Assembly: GCA_001801285.1 (NCBI GenBank)
Contig: MGXG01000005.1
Location: forward strand, 1-38,607
Length of the DNA: 38,607 bases
Origin: Gammaproteobacteria bacterium GWE2_37_16
Lineage (GTDB): Bacteria; Pseudomonadota; Gammaproteobacteria; UBA9339
Direction: 5' to 3'
The translations under genes were made by a program, and so were the position numbers. The notes under the pieces were generated by a model, which was given only the letters and a program-made list of their open reading frames with translations, searched no databases and had not been told where the DNA came from. This document shows, one piece after another, positions 24,100-33,050 of the stretch (the stretch's first letter is position 1; each line of letters begins with the position of its first letter).

Positions 24100-25566
24100 T
24101 TATGAATTAGTAATCATTCTAACTTTCACCTCACCATTCATCAGCTTCGGCAAAAGTACATCGCGAAGATTGGAAATGGTTTGAATTTGGGAACTATTGT
24201 TAAAAATTTTCTGATCAATTGGATTTATCGTTTTTTCAAAATCATCAATAATTACAGAACATGGAATTATTACTTCAATATTTAAAAAACTATCTTTATT
24301 AATTGAACCAAAAATTGTTCCTTCTGTTTCAAAATTTTCAAAAACTTCTTTTAGAGGTTTTATTTTATAAAGTGCATAAGATTTATATTTACTTCTAACT
24401 GCTCCCAATCCTCTACCAATACAACATTGTTCAAACGCAACATTTATATCTCCTACTGGGGCACGAACGCTTACTAATGTATCAAATTTTTCCGCTATTC
24501 TTTTTGGCTCTGTAGTAAAAAGACGAGTTTTTGGGAATCTTTCTTGAAAATCTGTTCGCCCCTGAAAAAAAATCATTCCTTCTCCTTGTTCATTGTAACT
24601 TTTGCCGTCTGGAGATTGTCCCATTATAATTTCAAACTCTTCTCCCAACTTTCCAATCTTCCACCCCTCTGGAATCTCGCCAAGCTCTGAATCAATCATT
24701 TTCCCAGTTGCGCCGGGAAAATTAAAATTCACAAACCATTCTTTAAAAACCGCCTGCGCGGTAGCTTCGAGGGTTTTATTTTGTTCGCGTAGAAGTTCGA
24801 TTTTATCATCTAAAGAGGATAAGACAGCGGCAATTGCATGTTGTTCTGGGAGCGATGGTATATACCATTTTGTATTTATCAAAAAATTCCAATCAGCTCT
24901 TGGCATATGAGTTCCTGTGCTAGCTCCCATTGATTTATCAATGAACACAGGATTAGCTACAAAGTAAAATAAAAATTTCTGATCATTATTTTCTCTTGCC
25001 TTAATTACCCAAATGTCAGTTGAACATACCCCGTCAAATTTTGCTAGCCAAACTTTTCTAAAATAAGGTCTTAACTTTCCAAAAAGTATATCCCCAGTTT
25101 TAAAATAAAATTTATTACTTTCAAGTTTGTTAGAACAGCCAAAACCATTTATTGTAAGCTCTTCTTGATTGATATGTTCAAGACCAATATATTTTTGCTC
25201 TTCATCCCCAGATTTCCATTGTAACTTTAAAATCTCCGCCACATCCCCCAACTTCACCTCTTCCCACCCCCGCAAATAAAAAATCTTCCCATGTTTATCA
25301 ATCTGGTCTTTAAATTCAGTGGTATTAATATCGTGATAGTTGACTACATCAAAAAAATACGGTAACGGCAATTCTTCTAATTCGCCTTTTACTTGCGCTA
25401 AAAGACCAAAATTGATATCGCCTTTTAATGCTAAATCGATATCGGATGCGGGTTGAAAAGTGTTTATGGCACGCGAGCCAAAAACTAGCACTGTGTGAAT
25501 TGCTGGGTATTTGGCAAAAACCGACTGTATTTGCTGTATTTCCTGATCGTTCAAGCCGAATTTCAT
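24100..25566 (-). CDS. hsdS: Type I R-M specificity subunit HsdS with N-terminal MNT-type nucleotidyltransferase domain (approx. nt 25273..25566)
   Basis: 488 aa. Residues 1-98 carry the minimal-NTase signature VFGSRAINTFQPASDIDLAL ... FFDVVNY. From residue ~100 the usual HsdS begins (GWEEVKLGDVAEI), with two target-recognition domains separated by a conserved helix (LPEQHAIAAVLSSLDDKIELLREQNKTLE) and the terminal helix (NLRDVLLPKLMNGEV). Confidence 0.85.
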   Translation of the reverse strand: MKFGLNDQEIQQIQSVFAKYPAIHTVLVFGSRAINTFQPASDIDLALKGDINFGLLAQVKGELEELPLPYFFDVVNYHDINTTEFKDQIDKHGKIFYLRGWEEVKLGDVAEILKLQWKSGDEEQKYIGLEHINQEELTINGFGCSNKLESNKFYFKTGDILFGKLRPYFRKVWLAKFDGVCSTDIWVIKARENNDQKFLFYFVANPVFIDKSMGASTGTHMPRADWNFLINTKWYIPSLPEQHAIAAVLSSLDDKIELLREQNKTLEATAQAVFKEWFVNFNFPGATGKMIDSELGEIPEGWKIGKLGEEFEIIMGQSPDGKSYNEQGEGMIFFQGRTDFQERFPKTRLFTTEPKRIAEKFDTLVSVRAPVGDINVAFEQCCIGRGLGAVRSKYKSYALYKIKPLKEVFENFETEGTIFGSINKDSFLNIEVIIPCSVIIDDFEKTINPIDQKIFNNSSQIQTISNLRDVLLPKLMNGEVKVRMITNS

Positions 25567-25579
25567 TTATTTTCCCCTG

Positions 25580-26626
25580 CTATTTTTTCTTTCTTATTCC
25601 TAACATTTTTTTCACTTCTTTATCAAAATCCGACTCAAGCATATGATCTTGAATAACTCGATATTTTTCAAATTCGCCTAGTGCTAGCGCCTCTGCAACA
25701 TCGTGGCTTATCTTACCAGCATTATGCAGAATTTCTCGTTCATTAAATTTGAGAAACGCATCAAGTTTTTGAACCCAATCTTTCATATACATAATAATCC
25801 CACGTTTAGCCTGCATTTCCGCATAATCAAGATACATGGTTACAATTCTATTTAGATGGTCAAGTTCATTTTCGTTTAAATAATTTTTTGCAATTATCAC
25901 ATCTGATTCGCGAATTTTACCTTTGGGTGCATTTTTCCATGTGGTAAGTCCCATGTTAGGCTTTGTGCTGCCTGTTCTTTCATAGACGATTTCCGCCGCA
26001 GTTTTGCCAGTGATAGCAAAATGAAGTTTGTTCTGCACTGTCGCATAAAACCGTTTGGTAACATCATTTTTAGAGTCATAATCTGCGCTGCACTGCGCAT
26101 AAATATCAGTAATTTTTTGATATAGCCTTCGTTCACTGGAGCGAATATCGCGAATACGGGCAAGTTGTTCTTCGAAGTAATCTTTGCCGAAAATATAATT
26201 TGGATCCTTCAGACGCTCATCATTCATCGTATATCCTTTGATAATATACTCATGTAGTCGCTCAGTTGCCCAAATTCGAAAAAGTGTTGCCTGTCTACTA
26301 TTAACGCGATAGCCAACAGAAATAATTGCGTCCAGGTTGTAAAATTCAATATTTCGCCTTACTTGTCTTTCGCCTTCATTTTGAACTTGTGCAAAATTTG
26401 CACGAGTTGCTGCAGCACCCAATTCCCCTAATTCATAAATATTTTTAAGATGCTTAGTAATTACTGATCTATCGACGCCAAACAGTTGTGCAATTTTATC
26501 TTGAGTAAGCCAGATATTCTCATCTTTGAGAAAAATCTCTACTTTTACATTACCATCTGGTGTGTTATAGAGAATTACTTCAGTAAATGAATTATTTGGA
26601 ACAATCTTTTTAGTGTTTTTTTTCAT
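25580..26626 (-). CDS. rhuM: RhuM-family protein
   Basis: 348 aa. ...[46 protein letters not shown]... is the characteristic RhuM core. ATGA overlap with the hsdM stop. Confidence 0.8.
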   Translation of the reverse strand: MKKNTKKIVPNNSFTEVILYNTPDGNVKVEIFLKDENIWLTQDKIAQLFGVDRSVITKHLKNIYELGELGAAATRANFAQVQNEGERQVRRNIEFYNLDAIISVGYRVNSRQATLFRIWATERLHEYIIKGYTMNDERLKDPNYIFGKDYFEEQLARIRDIRSSERRLYQKITDIYAQCSADYDSKNDVTKRFYATVQNKLHFAITGKTAAEIVYERTGSTKPNMGLTTWKNAPKGKIRESDVIIAKNYLNENELDHLNRIVTMYLDYAEMQAKRGIIMYMKDWVQKLDAFLKFNEREILHNAGKISHDVAEALALGEFEKYRVIQDHMLESDFDKEVKKMLGIRKKK

Positions 26627-28170
26627 AAAATAAACCCAACATTTTTCAGTTGTTTTTTTATTTCTTCATCCAACCTTTTCTCTTCCGCCATTTGTTCGCC
26701 AAGTTTTTTGGTTAATTCCACCATTTTATCTGCAAACAGTATTCCGTCATCCACTTCATCTTTAATACCAACATAACGTCCTGGCGTTAGAACAAAATTA
26801 TGTTTAGTGATTTCTTCTATTTTTGCGGATTTGCAAAAGCCTTTCATGTCTTCATATTTGCCATTTTGCTTGCGCCATTCGTGGTAGGTACTAGATATTT
26901 TGGCAATATCTTCTTCGCTAAAGCCACGATGGGTGCGATCTTCCATGTAACCTACATCGCTGGCATCAATAAATAAAACTTCGCCCGTGCGTTTGCGATC
27001 GCCGTTTCCCGTGCGCTTTCTGGAAATAAACCAGATACATGCTGGAATGCCTGTGTTGTAGAAAAGCTGTTTGGGAAGAGCGACAATGCAATCCACTAAA
27101 TCATTCTCAACCAAAGTTTTGCGGATTTCGCCTTCGTTGTTGGTTTGACTGGAAAGTGAACCATTAGCTAACACACACGCCATAACGCCTTTGGGCGAGA
27201 GGTGATAAATCATATGTTGCAACCAGGCAAAATTGGCATTCGATGCTGGTGGCATACCATATTGCCAACGCGGATCATTTTGTAAAAGCTGTCCTGACCA
27301 ATCACTATCGTTAAACGGCGGATTAGCAAGAATAAAATCAGCTTTAAGATCTTTGTGTTGATCGTTTAAAAAAGATCCTTCCGTATTCCATTTTACTTGT
27401 GAGCCATCAATACCGCGTATCGCCAAATTCATGCGACACAAGCGATAAGTAGTTTGGTTGCTTTCCTGTCCATAAATAGAAATATCATCAACTTTCCCCT
27501 GATGCGACTGAATGACTTTTTCGCTCATGATGAACATACCGCCAGAACCGCAACAAGGGTCAAATACTCTGCCTTTGTAAGGCTCAACCATTTCTACCAT
27601 CAGGCGCACGATAGCTTTTGGCGTGTAAAATTGCCCGCCCTTTTTACCTTCAGCATTGGCAAATTCACCCAAAAAATATTCATAAACGCGTCCAAGTATA
27701 TCTTTGCTTTTTGCGGCAGCATTACCTAAGGCGATATTGGCAATAAGATCAATAAGCCCACCAAGTGCGGCTTTGTCTAAGTTAGGGCGCGCAAAAACTT
27801 TTGGCAAAATGCCTTTGAGAGTAGGATTTTCTTTTTCGATTGCTTCCATTGCATCATCAGCATCTTTGCCGATAGATGGAAGCTTGGCACGAGAATGGAG
27901 ATATGACCAGCGTGCGATTTGTGGGACAAAAAAAACATTTTCAGCGCGGTATTCGTCTGGATCTTCCGGGTTTGAATTAGCAAATTCGCCTTCGCCAGCT
28001 TTTATTTTGGCATAAAGTTCTTCAAAAGAATCGGAAATATATTTCAAAAATATAAGCCCAAGTACGATGTGCTTATATTCGGCAGCATCCATATTTTTAC
28101 GTAACTTGTCTGCTGTTTTAAAAAGTGTTTTTTCAAAAGATTCTATTTTGGTATTGTTATTTTTATCCAT
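26623..28170 (-). CDS. hsdM: Type I R-M N6-adenine DNA methyltransferase subunit
   Basis: 515 aa. HsdM N-terminal domain, AdoMet motif [12 protein letters not shown], catalytic LANPPFN. Confidence 0.95.
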   Translation of the reverse strand: MDKNNNTKIESFEKTLFKTADKLRKNMDAAEYKHIVLGLIFLKYISDSFEELYAKIKAGEGEFANSNPEDPDEYRAENVFFVPQIARWSYLHSRAKLPSIGKDADDAMEAIEKENPTLKGILPKVFARPNLDKAALGGLIDLIANIALGNAAAKSKDILGRVYEYFLGEFANAEGKKGGQFYTPKAIVRLMVEMVEPYKGRVFDPCCGSGGMFIMSEKVIQSHQGKVDDISIYGQESNQTTYRLCRMNLAIRGIDGSQVKWNTEGSFLNDQHKDLKADFILANPPFNDSDWSGQLLQNDPRWQYGMPPASNANFAWLQHMIYHLSPKGVMACVLANGSLSSQTNNEGEIRKTLVENDLVDCIVALPKQLFYNTGIPACIWFISRKRTGNGDRKRTGEVLFIDASDVGYMEDRTHRGFSEEDIAKISSTYHEWRKQNGKYEDMKGFCKSAKIEEITKHNFVLTPGRYVGIKDEVDDGILFADKMVELTKKLGEQMAEEKRLDEEIKKQLKNVGFIL

Positions 28171-28257
28171 AAGTACACCATGCCCATATTTTATTAATGA
28201 TTAAGTATCTCTAGTCGAAGATAAGGAAACTATATTTTAATATAGATATGTAAGGTA

Positions 28258-28285
28258 AATTGCTATATAAATCAATATGTTATTT
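28258..28285 (+). promoter_or_regulatory. second exact copy of the 28-nt mraY-start box, at the right border of the R-M island
   Basis: AATTGCTATATAAATCAATATGTTATTT is identical to the reverse complement of 5503..5530. It points toward the 3' end of tsaD. Confidence 0.3.
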
Positions 28286-28316
28286 TTAATGTTGCAATTT
28301 TTTGCTTTTAAATTAT

Positions 28317-28337
28317 CAAAAAACATCGCAGAGCGAT
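28317..28337 (-). terminator. weak candidate intrinsic terminator after tsaD
   Basis: Minus strand: ATCGC-TCT-GCGAT then G TTTTTTT. The stem is only 5 bp. The same motif recurs after the murF-like gene. Confidence 0.3.
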
Positions 28338-28366
28338 TCATTAATTCAAAATTTAAAATTTAAAAT

Positions 28367-29380
28367 TCAACATTTCTTTGTCACTCCAATCTCCCACCGC
28401 GGTAAAATTTTAATGGCAAGATCGCCCTTCTGCCCGAGCAATAAATGTCTATAACCAGTGTATGCAATCATCGCACCATTATCGGTACAAAACTCTAAGC
28501 GCGGGTAATAAACGCTTGCCCTTTCATCATGTGCCAATTTTTGCAATTGTGTGCGTAAAACGAGGTTTGCGCTAACGCCACCTGCTACCACTAACCGAGT
28601 TAATTGGGTTTGTTGCAAAGCGCGTTTACATTTAATGCGCAAAGTATCAATGACCGCTTCTTGAAATGCGTAAGCAATATCAGCTTTGGTTTGTGGATCA
28701 TCACCAAATTCATGCAAAGTATTTAAAGAAAAAGTTTTCAATCCGCTAAAACTAAAATCAAGTCCTGGGCGATTCACCATCGGGCGCGGAAAGCGAAAAC
28801 GTTTTGGATTGCCAAGCTTTGCCAAATTTGCTAAAGCAGGACCACCCGGATATGGCAAACCTAAAATCTTACCCACTTTATCAAAAGCTTCACCTGCAGC
28901 ATCATCCACGCTTTCACCTAAAATTTGATATTTGCCAATATCTTCAACCTGCACTAAAAGCGTATGTCCACCAGAAACAAGTAACGCAATAAACGGAAAT
29001 TCAGGCGGATTTTCTTCCAGCATTGGTGCTAATAAATGCGCTTCCATGTGATGCACACCAATGGCAGGAATTTTACAGGCAAATGCAAAACTGGTCGCAA
29101 CTGCCGCTCCAACTAACAAGGCACCAACCAAGCCAGGACCTGCTGTATAAGCCACTGCATCAAGATCGGTTTTATTGAGATTTGCTTTCACCAAAACTTC
29201 TTCCAGAAGCGGAATTACTTTACGCACATGATCACGCGATGCTAATTCGGGAACAATGCCCCCATAAACAGCGTGCATGGCTATTTGACTATGTAAAGCG
29301 TGTGACAATAAACCGCATTCCGAATCATAAATCGCAATCCCGGTTTCATCACAAGAAGTTTCAATACCTAAAACGCGCAT
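28367..29380 (-). CDS. tsaD: tRNA N6-adenosine threonylcarbamoyltransferase
   Basis: 337 aa. [17 protein letters not shown], Kae1/TsaD fold motifs. Confidence 0.95.
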   Translation of the reverse strand: MRVLGIETSCDETGIAIYDSECGLLSHALHSQIAMHAVYGGIVPELASRDHVRKVIPLLEEVLVKANLNKTDLDAVAYTAGPGLVGALLVGAAVATSFAFACKIPAIGVHHMEAHLLAPMLEENPPEFPFIALLVSGGHTLLVQVEDIGKYQILGESVDDAAGEAFDKVGKILGLPYPGGPALANLAKLGNPKRFRFPRPMVNRPGLDFSFSGLKTFSLNTLHEFGDDPQTKADIAYAFQEAVIDTLRIKCKRALQQTQLTRLVVAGGVSANLVLRTQLQKLAHDERASVYYPRLEFCTDNGAMIAYTGYRHLLLGQKGDLAIKILPRWEIGVTKKC

Positions 29381-29470
29381 TTTTGCTGATGCTCCATACC
29401 ATGGATAAAGAGTTGATTATGGTAAATACCAAAAATCTGTAAATAATTAAAAAATACCGTATTGTTAAAG

Positions 29471-29563
29471 CTCAAAAATTGTTGTATTTTTTGGGGTGGG
29501 ACGGCGGGATACACTGAGCCAACCCCACCCTGCCGCCCGAATTAGAATACAGAATTTTTTGAG
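29471..29563. other. intergenic element: AT-rich imperfect inverted repeat (29471-29488/29546-29563) enclosing an 18-nt G-tract segment and its base-for-base complement
   Basis: 29491-29508 is TTGGGGTGGGACGGCGGG and 29521-29538 is AACCCCACCCTGCCGCCC. The second is the complement of the first, not the reverse complement. Confidence 0.5.
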
Positions 29564-29653
29564 ATAAACAATACCGTAGTTTTAAATTTTATCCAACTTT
29601 GCCAGAACTTTTTGATAAGTTACTAATCATATTTTTTCGCTGGCTAATATGAA

Positions 29654-31381
29654 TTAAATCTCCTGTAAATGCTCTATAATTAACTGTAAATAATAATTAT
29701 CATTGTATTCGTTTACATCCAAACGATAAACAATATGAACTTTTTTGCAACGCTCATTTGGCCAATGCTTCAAATCAGCATTAAATCGAATTGCATCACA
29801 GACCATATTACTCCCACCGGGTATTGCTAAAAACATTTTCAGATGCTTTTGTCCCACTAATTTTTGTTGCAAAACGTTAAAATCTCCTTCAAATACCGGA
29901 TCAGGAAATTCTTGTCCCCATGGACCAGCTTTACGCAATATTTTAGCTGTCGTTAAACAAATATTTTCAGGCTCTAATTCACCATCGGTATAAATTTTTG
30001 CTTGCAAATCTTCTTCCTTCAGATGCTTCTCTACTTCCGCAATAAATGCTGCATTGAACGCTTCGTAATTTTGGCGACGCAAACTTAAACCAACCGCCAT
30101 GGCGTGACCGCCAAATTTAGTAATCAAATCCGGATAAGAAGCGGCAATATTACTCAAAACATCACGCAAATGTAAACCCGTTACCGAACGCCCCGATCCT
30201 TTAATTTCCTCATCGTTCAAAGCAGCAAAAGCAATGACCGGTCGATGCACGCGTTCTTTAATACGGGACGCCAAAATACCAACAACACCAATATGCCAAT
30301 TTGGATCAAAAATACAAAGCCCATGTGGCAAGTTTTGTTGTAAAGATAAACTAGCTAAAGCTAACAAAGCCTGCTGCTGCATATCGCTTTCAATTTCGCG
30401 CCTAGTATCATTCAAATCATTTAGTGCTTTAGCCATTTGCGCTGCATGTTCAGCATCATCACTCAATAAACATTCTACGCCTAATGACATATCATCCAAG
30501 CGCCCAGCCGCATTCAGGCGCGGCGCAACTGCATATCCCAAATCAGACGTTGTAATCTGTTCATAATCACGTTTCGCTATCTGCAATAAAGCTTTAATAC
30601 CAACACGACATTCTCCGGAACGTATTCTCTCCAAGCCTTGCTGCACCAAAATTCGGTTATTGTAATCAAGTGGTACTAAATCGGCGACCGTTCCCAAGGC
30701 AACTAAATCTAAAAATTGCGCTAAATTCGGCTCAAGAATTCCTCGTTGTTGAAACCAGCCGATTTGACGTAAACGACTACGCAGAGCCAACATCAAATAA
30801 AAAACCACACCAACACCAGCTAGAGCTTTGCTTGGAAAAATATCTTCTGCTTGGCTAGGATTGATAATTGCAACAGCATCTGGTAATTCAAATGGCGGCA
30901 AATGATGATCGGTAACTAAAACTTTTATCCCCAATTGATTGGCAGCCGCAACGCCAGCATGACTGGATATGCCATTATCAACAGTAATAATTAAATCGGG
31001 TTGCATAGTTGCGGCAACAGCAACAATTTCAGGTGTTAGTCCATAACCGAATTCAAAACGATTAGGAATCAGATAGGTAACATTATGAAAACCAAAAGCG
31101 CGTAGTGCCAAAACTGCCAAAGCGGTACTCGTCGCACCATCAGCATCAAAATCACCAATAATCAAAATTCTCTCTTGTTTAGTAAGAGCCGCAATTAAAC
31201 AATCAACACCAAGGTCAATGTTTTTTAAAGCAGCAAAATGAGCCAAGTTCTTCAAATCATAAGCAACTTCATCGGGAGATGTCACTCCTCGTGCTGCATA
31301 AAGACGCTGTAGTAAAGGTGGTAAATTACTTGCCTGTAACTTTTCATCAACGATTGCTCGACGACGGAGAATTATTTTCAT
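29654..31381 (-). CDS. recJ: single-stranded-DNA-specific exonuclease RecJ
   Basis: DHH motifs IGDFDADGATS, VTDHH, and DHHA1. The track ORF begins at a TTG (31477). ATG 31381 (MKIILRRR...) gives ~575 aa, the usual RecJ size. Confidence 0.93.
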   Translation of the reverse strand: MKIILRRRAIVDEKLQASNLPPLLQRLYAARGVTSPDEVAYDLKNLAHFAALKNIDLGVDCLIAALTKQERILIIGDFDADGATSTALAVLALRAFGFHNVTYLIPNRFEFGYGLTPEIVAVAATMQPDLIITVDNGISSHAGVAAANQLGIKVLVTDHHLPPFELPDAVAIINPSQAEDIFPSKALAGVGVVFYLMLALRSRLRQIGWFQQRGILEPNLAQFLDLVALGTVADLVPLDYNNRILVQQGLERIRSGECRVGIKALLQIAKRDYEQITTSDLGYAVAPRLNAAGRLDDMSLGVECLLSDDAEHAAQMAKALNDLNDTRREIESDMQQQALLALASLSLQQNLPHGLCIFDPNWHIGVVGILASRIKERVHRPVIAFAALNDEEIKGSGRSVTGLHLRDVLSNIAASYPDLITKFGGHAMAVGLSLRRQNYEAFNAAFIAEVEKHLKEEDLQAKIYTDGELEPENICLTTAKILRKAGPWGQEFPDPVFEGDFNVLQQKLVGQKHLKMFLAIPGGSNMVCDAIRFNADLKHWPNERCKKVHIVYRLDVNEYNDNYYLQLIIEHLQEI

Positions 31382-31608
31382 GTTTTGAATGCCTTTTATT
31401 TTTTTGGGATTATGTCTATGGTTTGCATAGTTTCTAGCACCTAGCCAATTAGATCGTTTTAGATTACAAATATCCAATTGTACTTTTAAAATCTAATTTG
31501 ATCTAATTGAGTTATACGACAAAGGTATAATATATGTAAATACCGTAGTCACAAGCTTTAACCAACAATTACAAATAAAACAAAAAAAACAGCAATTTTA
31601 AGCAATCG

Positions 31609-32832
31609 TTATTTGCATTTATTTCCCAACTGAAACCCATGCAAAATATTGTTTGCATAAGACACAGTCAAATTATTTTTCTCACGATGACGTTTTAAAG
31701 CTATTTCTAACAGACGATTGGTTAGCTCGGTAAAGGTTTTACCGCGCGGCACCCAAAGATGAAAGGCTAGCGATCCGGGAATCGCATTTAACTCACAAAG
31801 ATAAATTTGATTGGTATTTTGATCAATTAAAAAATCAATTCTCACAACGCCAGCACAATTCAATCCATTAAAGGCTTGTTTGGCTAAATTTTCAATTTTA
31901 GCAGTTAACTCAGCTGATATATTGGCAGGAATTTGGCGTTTTGCACTCAGCATACCTTGTTTTTCCAGCTTTACCGTTGTATCGCAACTACCGCAACACT
32001 CTTGGCCTTTAGCTGCTATTTTACCACTACCGCAATATTTATCCTGATAGGACAAAAATTCGCCACTATTAAATAATTCTTCGCAAACAGAAGTTTCAGC
32101 AAATTCGTGGTCCCCAAGAACAGCACAATTAACTTCTTTGAGATTAGTAATTTTCGGTTCGATCAAGATACGAGAAGCCATACTCACAGCCAAATCAACC
32201 GCATCTTCCAATTCCTGGCTATTATTAACCGCACTGACACCGACACTTGAGCCAAGATTGGCTGGTTTGACCATCAAAGGATAAGGAAACTTAGCCTGAA
32301 TTTTTGTGACAACCTGATCTTTATTATCAATCCATTCCTCCGTATAAAAACAAAAATCGTCTAAAACTGGTATTTGTAAAGTCCGCAGCAATATTTTTGC
32401 CGTAATTTTATCCATACTTAACGCAGATGCTAAAACATCACATCCAACATAAGCAATATTCATCTGCTCCAACAGTCCCTGCAAGGTACCATCTTCACCG
32501 TATGTGCCATGCGTCATAGGAAAAGCAACATCAATTTTCACCAATTCTTTTTTGGCGAACAAACTTGGTTTTGCTTTATAAATAATATGTTCACCAGCAT
32601 TTTGCGAAACTAAAATCGGCTGGCATTGGGTTAAAAGCTTTTCAAGATCACGAAAATTTTCAATATTGAGCAGCTTATCACCTGTATACCAAACTCCATG
32701 TTTAGTTATATAAACAGGCACCACCTGATATTTTTCTTTATCGATCGCCTGCATACACTGCGCTGCAGAAATAATCGAAACCTCGTGTTCAACGCTGCGA
32801 CCACCAAAAATTACCGCAATATTTAGTTTCAT
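31609..32832 (-). CDS. ddl: D-alanine--D-alanine ligase (DdlA-like) with a Cys-rich insertion in the omega-loop region
   Basis: 407 aa. IAVIFGGRSVEHEVS, KPANLGSSVGVS, ELNAIPG. There is an extra segment, YQDKYCGSGKIAAKGQECCGSCDTTVKLEKQGMLSAKRQIPA, where E. coli DdlA has a short loop. Confidence 0.85.
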   Translation of the reverse strand: MKLNIAVIFGGRSVEHEVSIISAAQCMQAIDKEKYQVVPVYITKHGVWYTGDKLLNIENFRDLEKLLTQCQPILVSQNAGEHIIYKAKPSLFAKKELVKIDVAFPMTHGTYGEDGTLQGLLEQMNIAYVGCDVLASALSMDKITAKILLRTLQIPVLDDFCFYTEEWIDNKDQVVTKIQAKFPYPLMVKPANLGSSVGVSAVNNSQELEDAVDLAVSMASRILIEPKITNLKEVNCAVLGDHEFAETSVCEELFNSGEFLSYQDKYCGSGKIAAKGQECCGSCDTTVKLEKQGMLSAKRQIPANISAELTAKIENLAKQAFNGLNCAGVVRIDFLIDQNTNQIYLCELNAIPGSLAFHLWVPRGKTFTELTNRLLEIALKRHREKNNLTVSYANNILHGFQLGNKCK

Positions 32833-32905
32833 AAATTTTTAACTCTTAAAAATTATAGGTATTTTTTAACATTTCAAAAATTTCAAATAGTTAATTTATG
32901 ATTCC

Positions 32906-32993
32906 GTAGCCGCAGGCTGTAACCTGCAATATAATCTGCAATAAATCATATATATGCGCAACATTTGCCACGCAAGTTAAAACTTGCGGCTAC
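32906..32993. repeat. degenerate REPIN doublet (32906-32928 +, 32971-32993 -)
   Basis: GTAGCCGCAGGCTGTAACCTGCA ... CGCAAGTTAAAACTTGCGGCTAC. Confidence 0.75.
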
Positions 32994-33014
32994 GGTAACG
33001 TTTTAACTATTGTA

Positions 33015-33037
33015 AAATAAAAACATCGCATAGCGAT
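33015..33037 (-). terminator. weak candidate intrinsic terminator after the murF-like gene
   Basis: Minus strand: ATCGC-TAT-GCGAT then GTTTTTATTTT. Same core as 28317..28337. Confidence 0.3.
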
Positions 33038-33050
33038 ATTCGTTCATTTC

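Noticed and set aside
28277-28363. 28-aa ORF (MLFLMLQFFAFKLSKNIAERFINSKFKI) starting at the ATG of the repeated box, and the analogous 37-aa ORF at 37544..37657
   Set aside because: Only the first three codons are shared with mraY. The rest is AT-rich translation with no conservation between copies and no RBS.
29491-29538. H-type pseudoknot reading of the G-tract/C-tract pair (GGGTGGG/CCCACCC plus GGCGG/CCGCC)
   Set aside because: The connecting loops would be only 0-2 nt, which is sterically implausible for a 7-bp first stem. Reported only as an unexplained complement repeat.
31382-31477. 32-aa N-terminal extension of RecJ
   Set aside because: The track start is TTG. ATG 31381 gives the canonical RecJ length and N-terminus.
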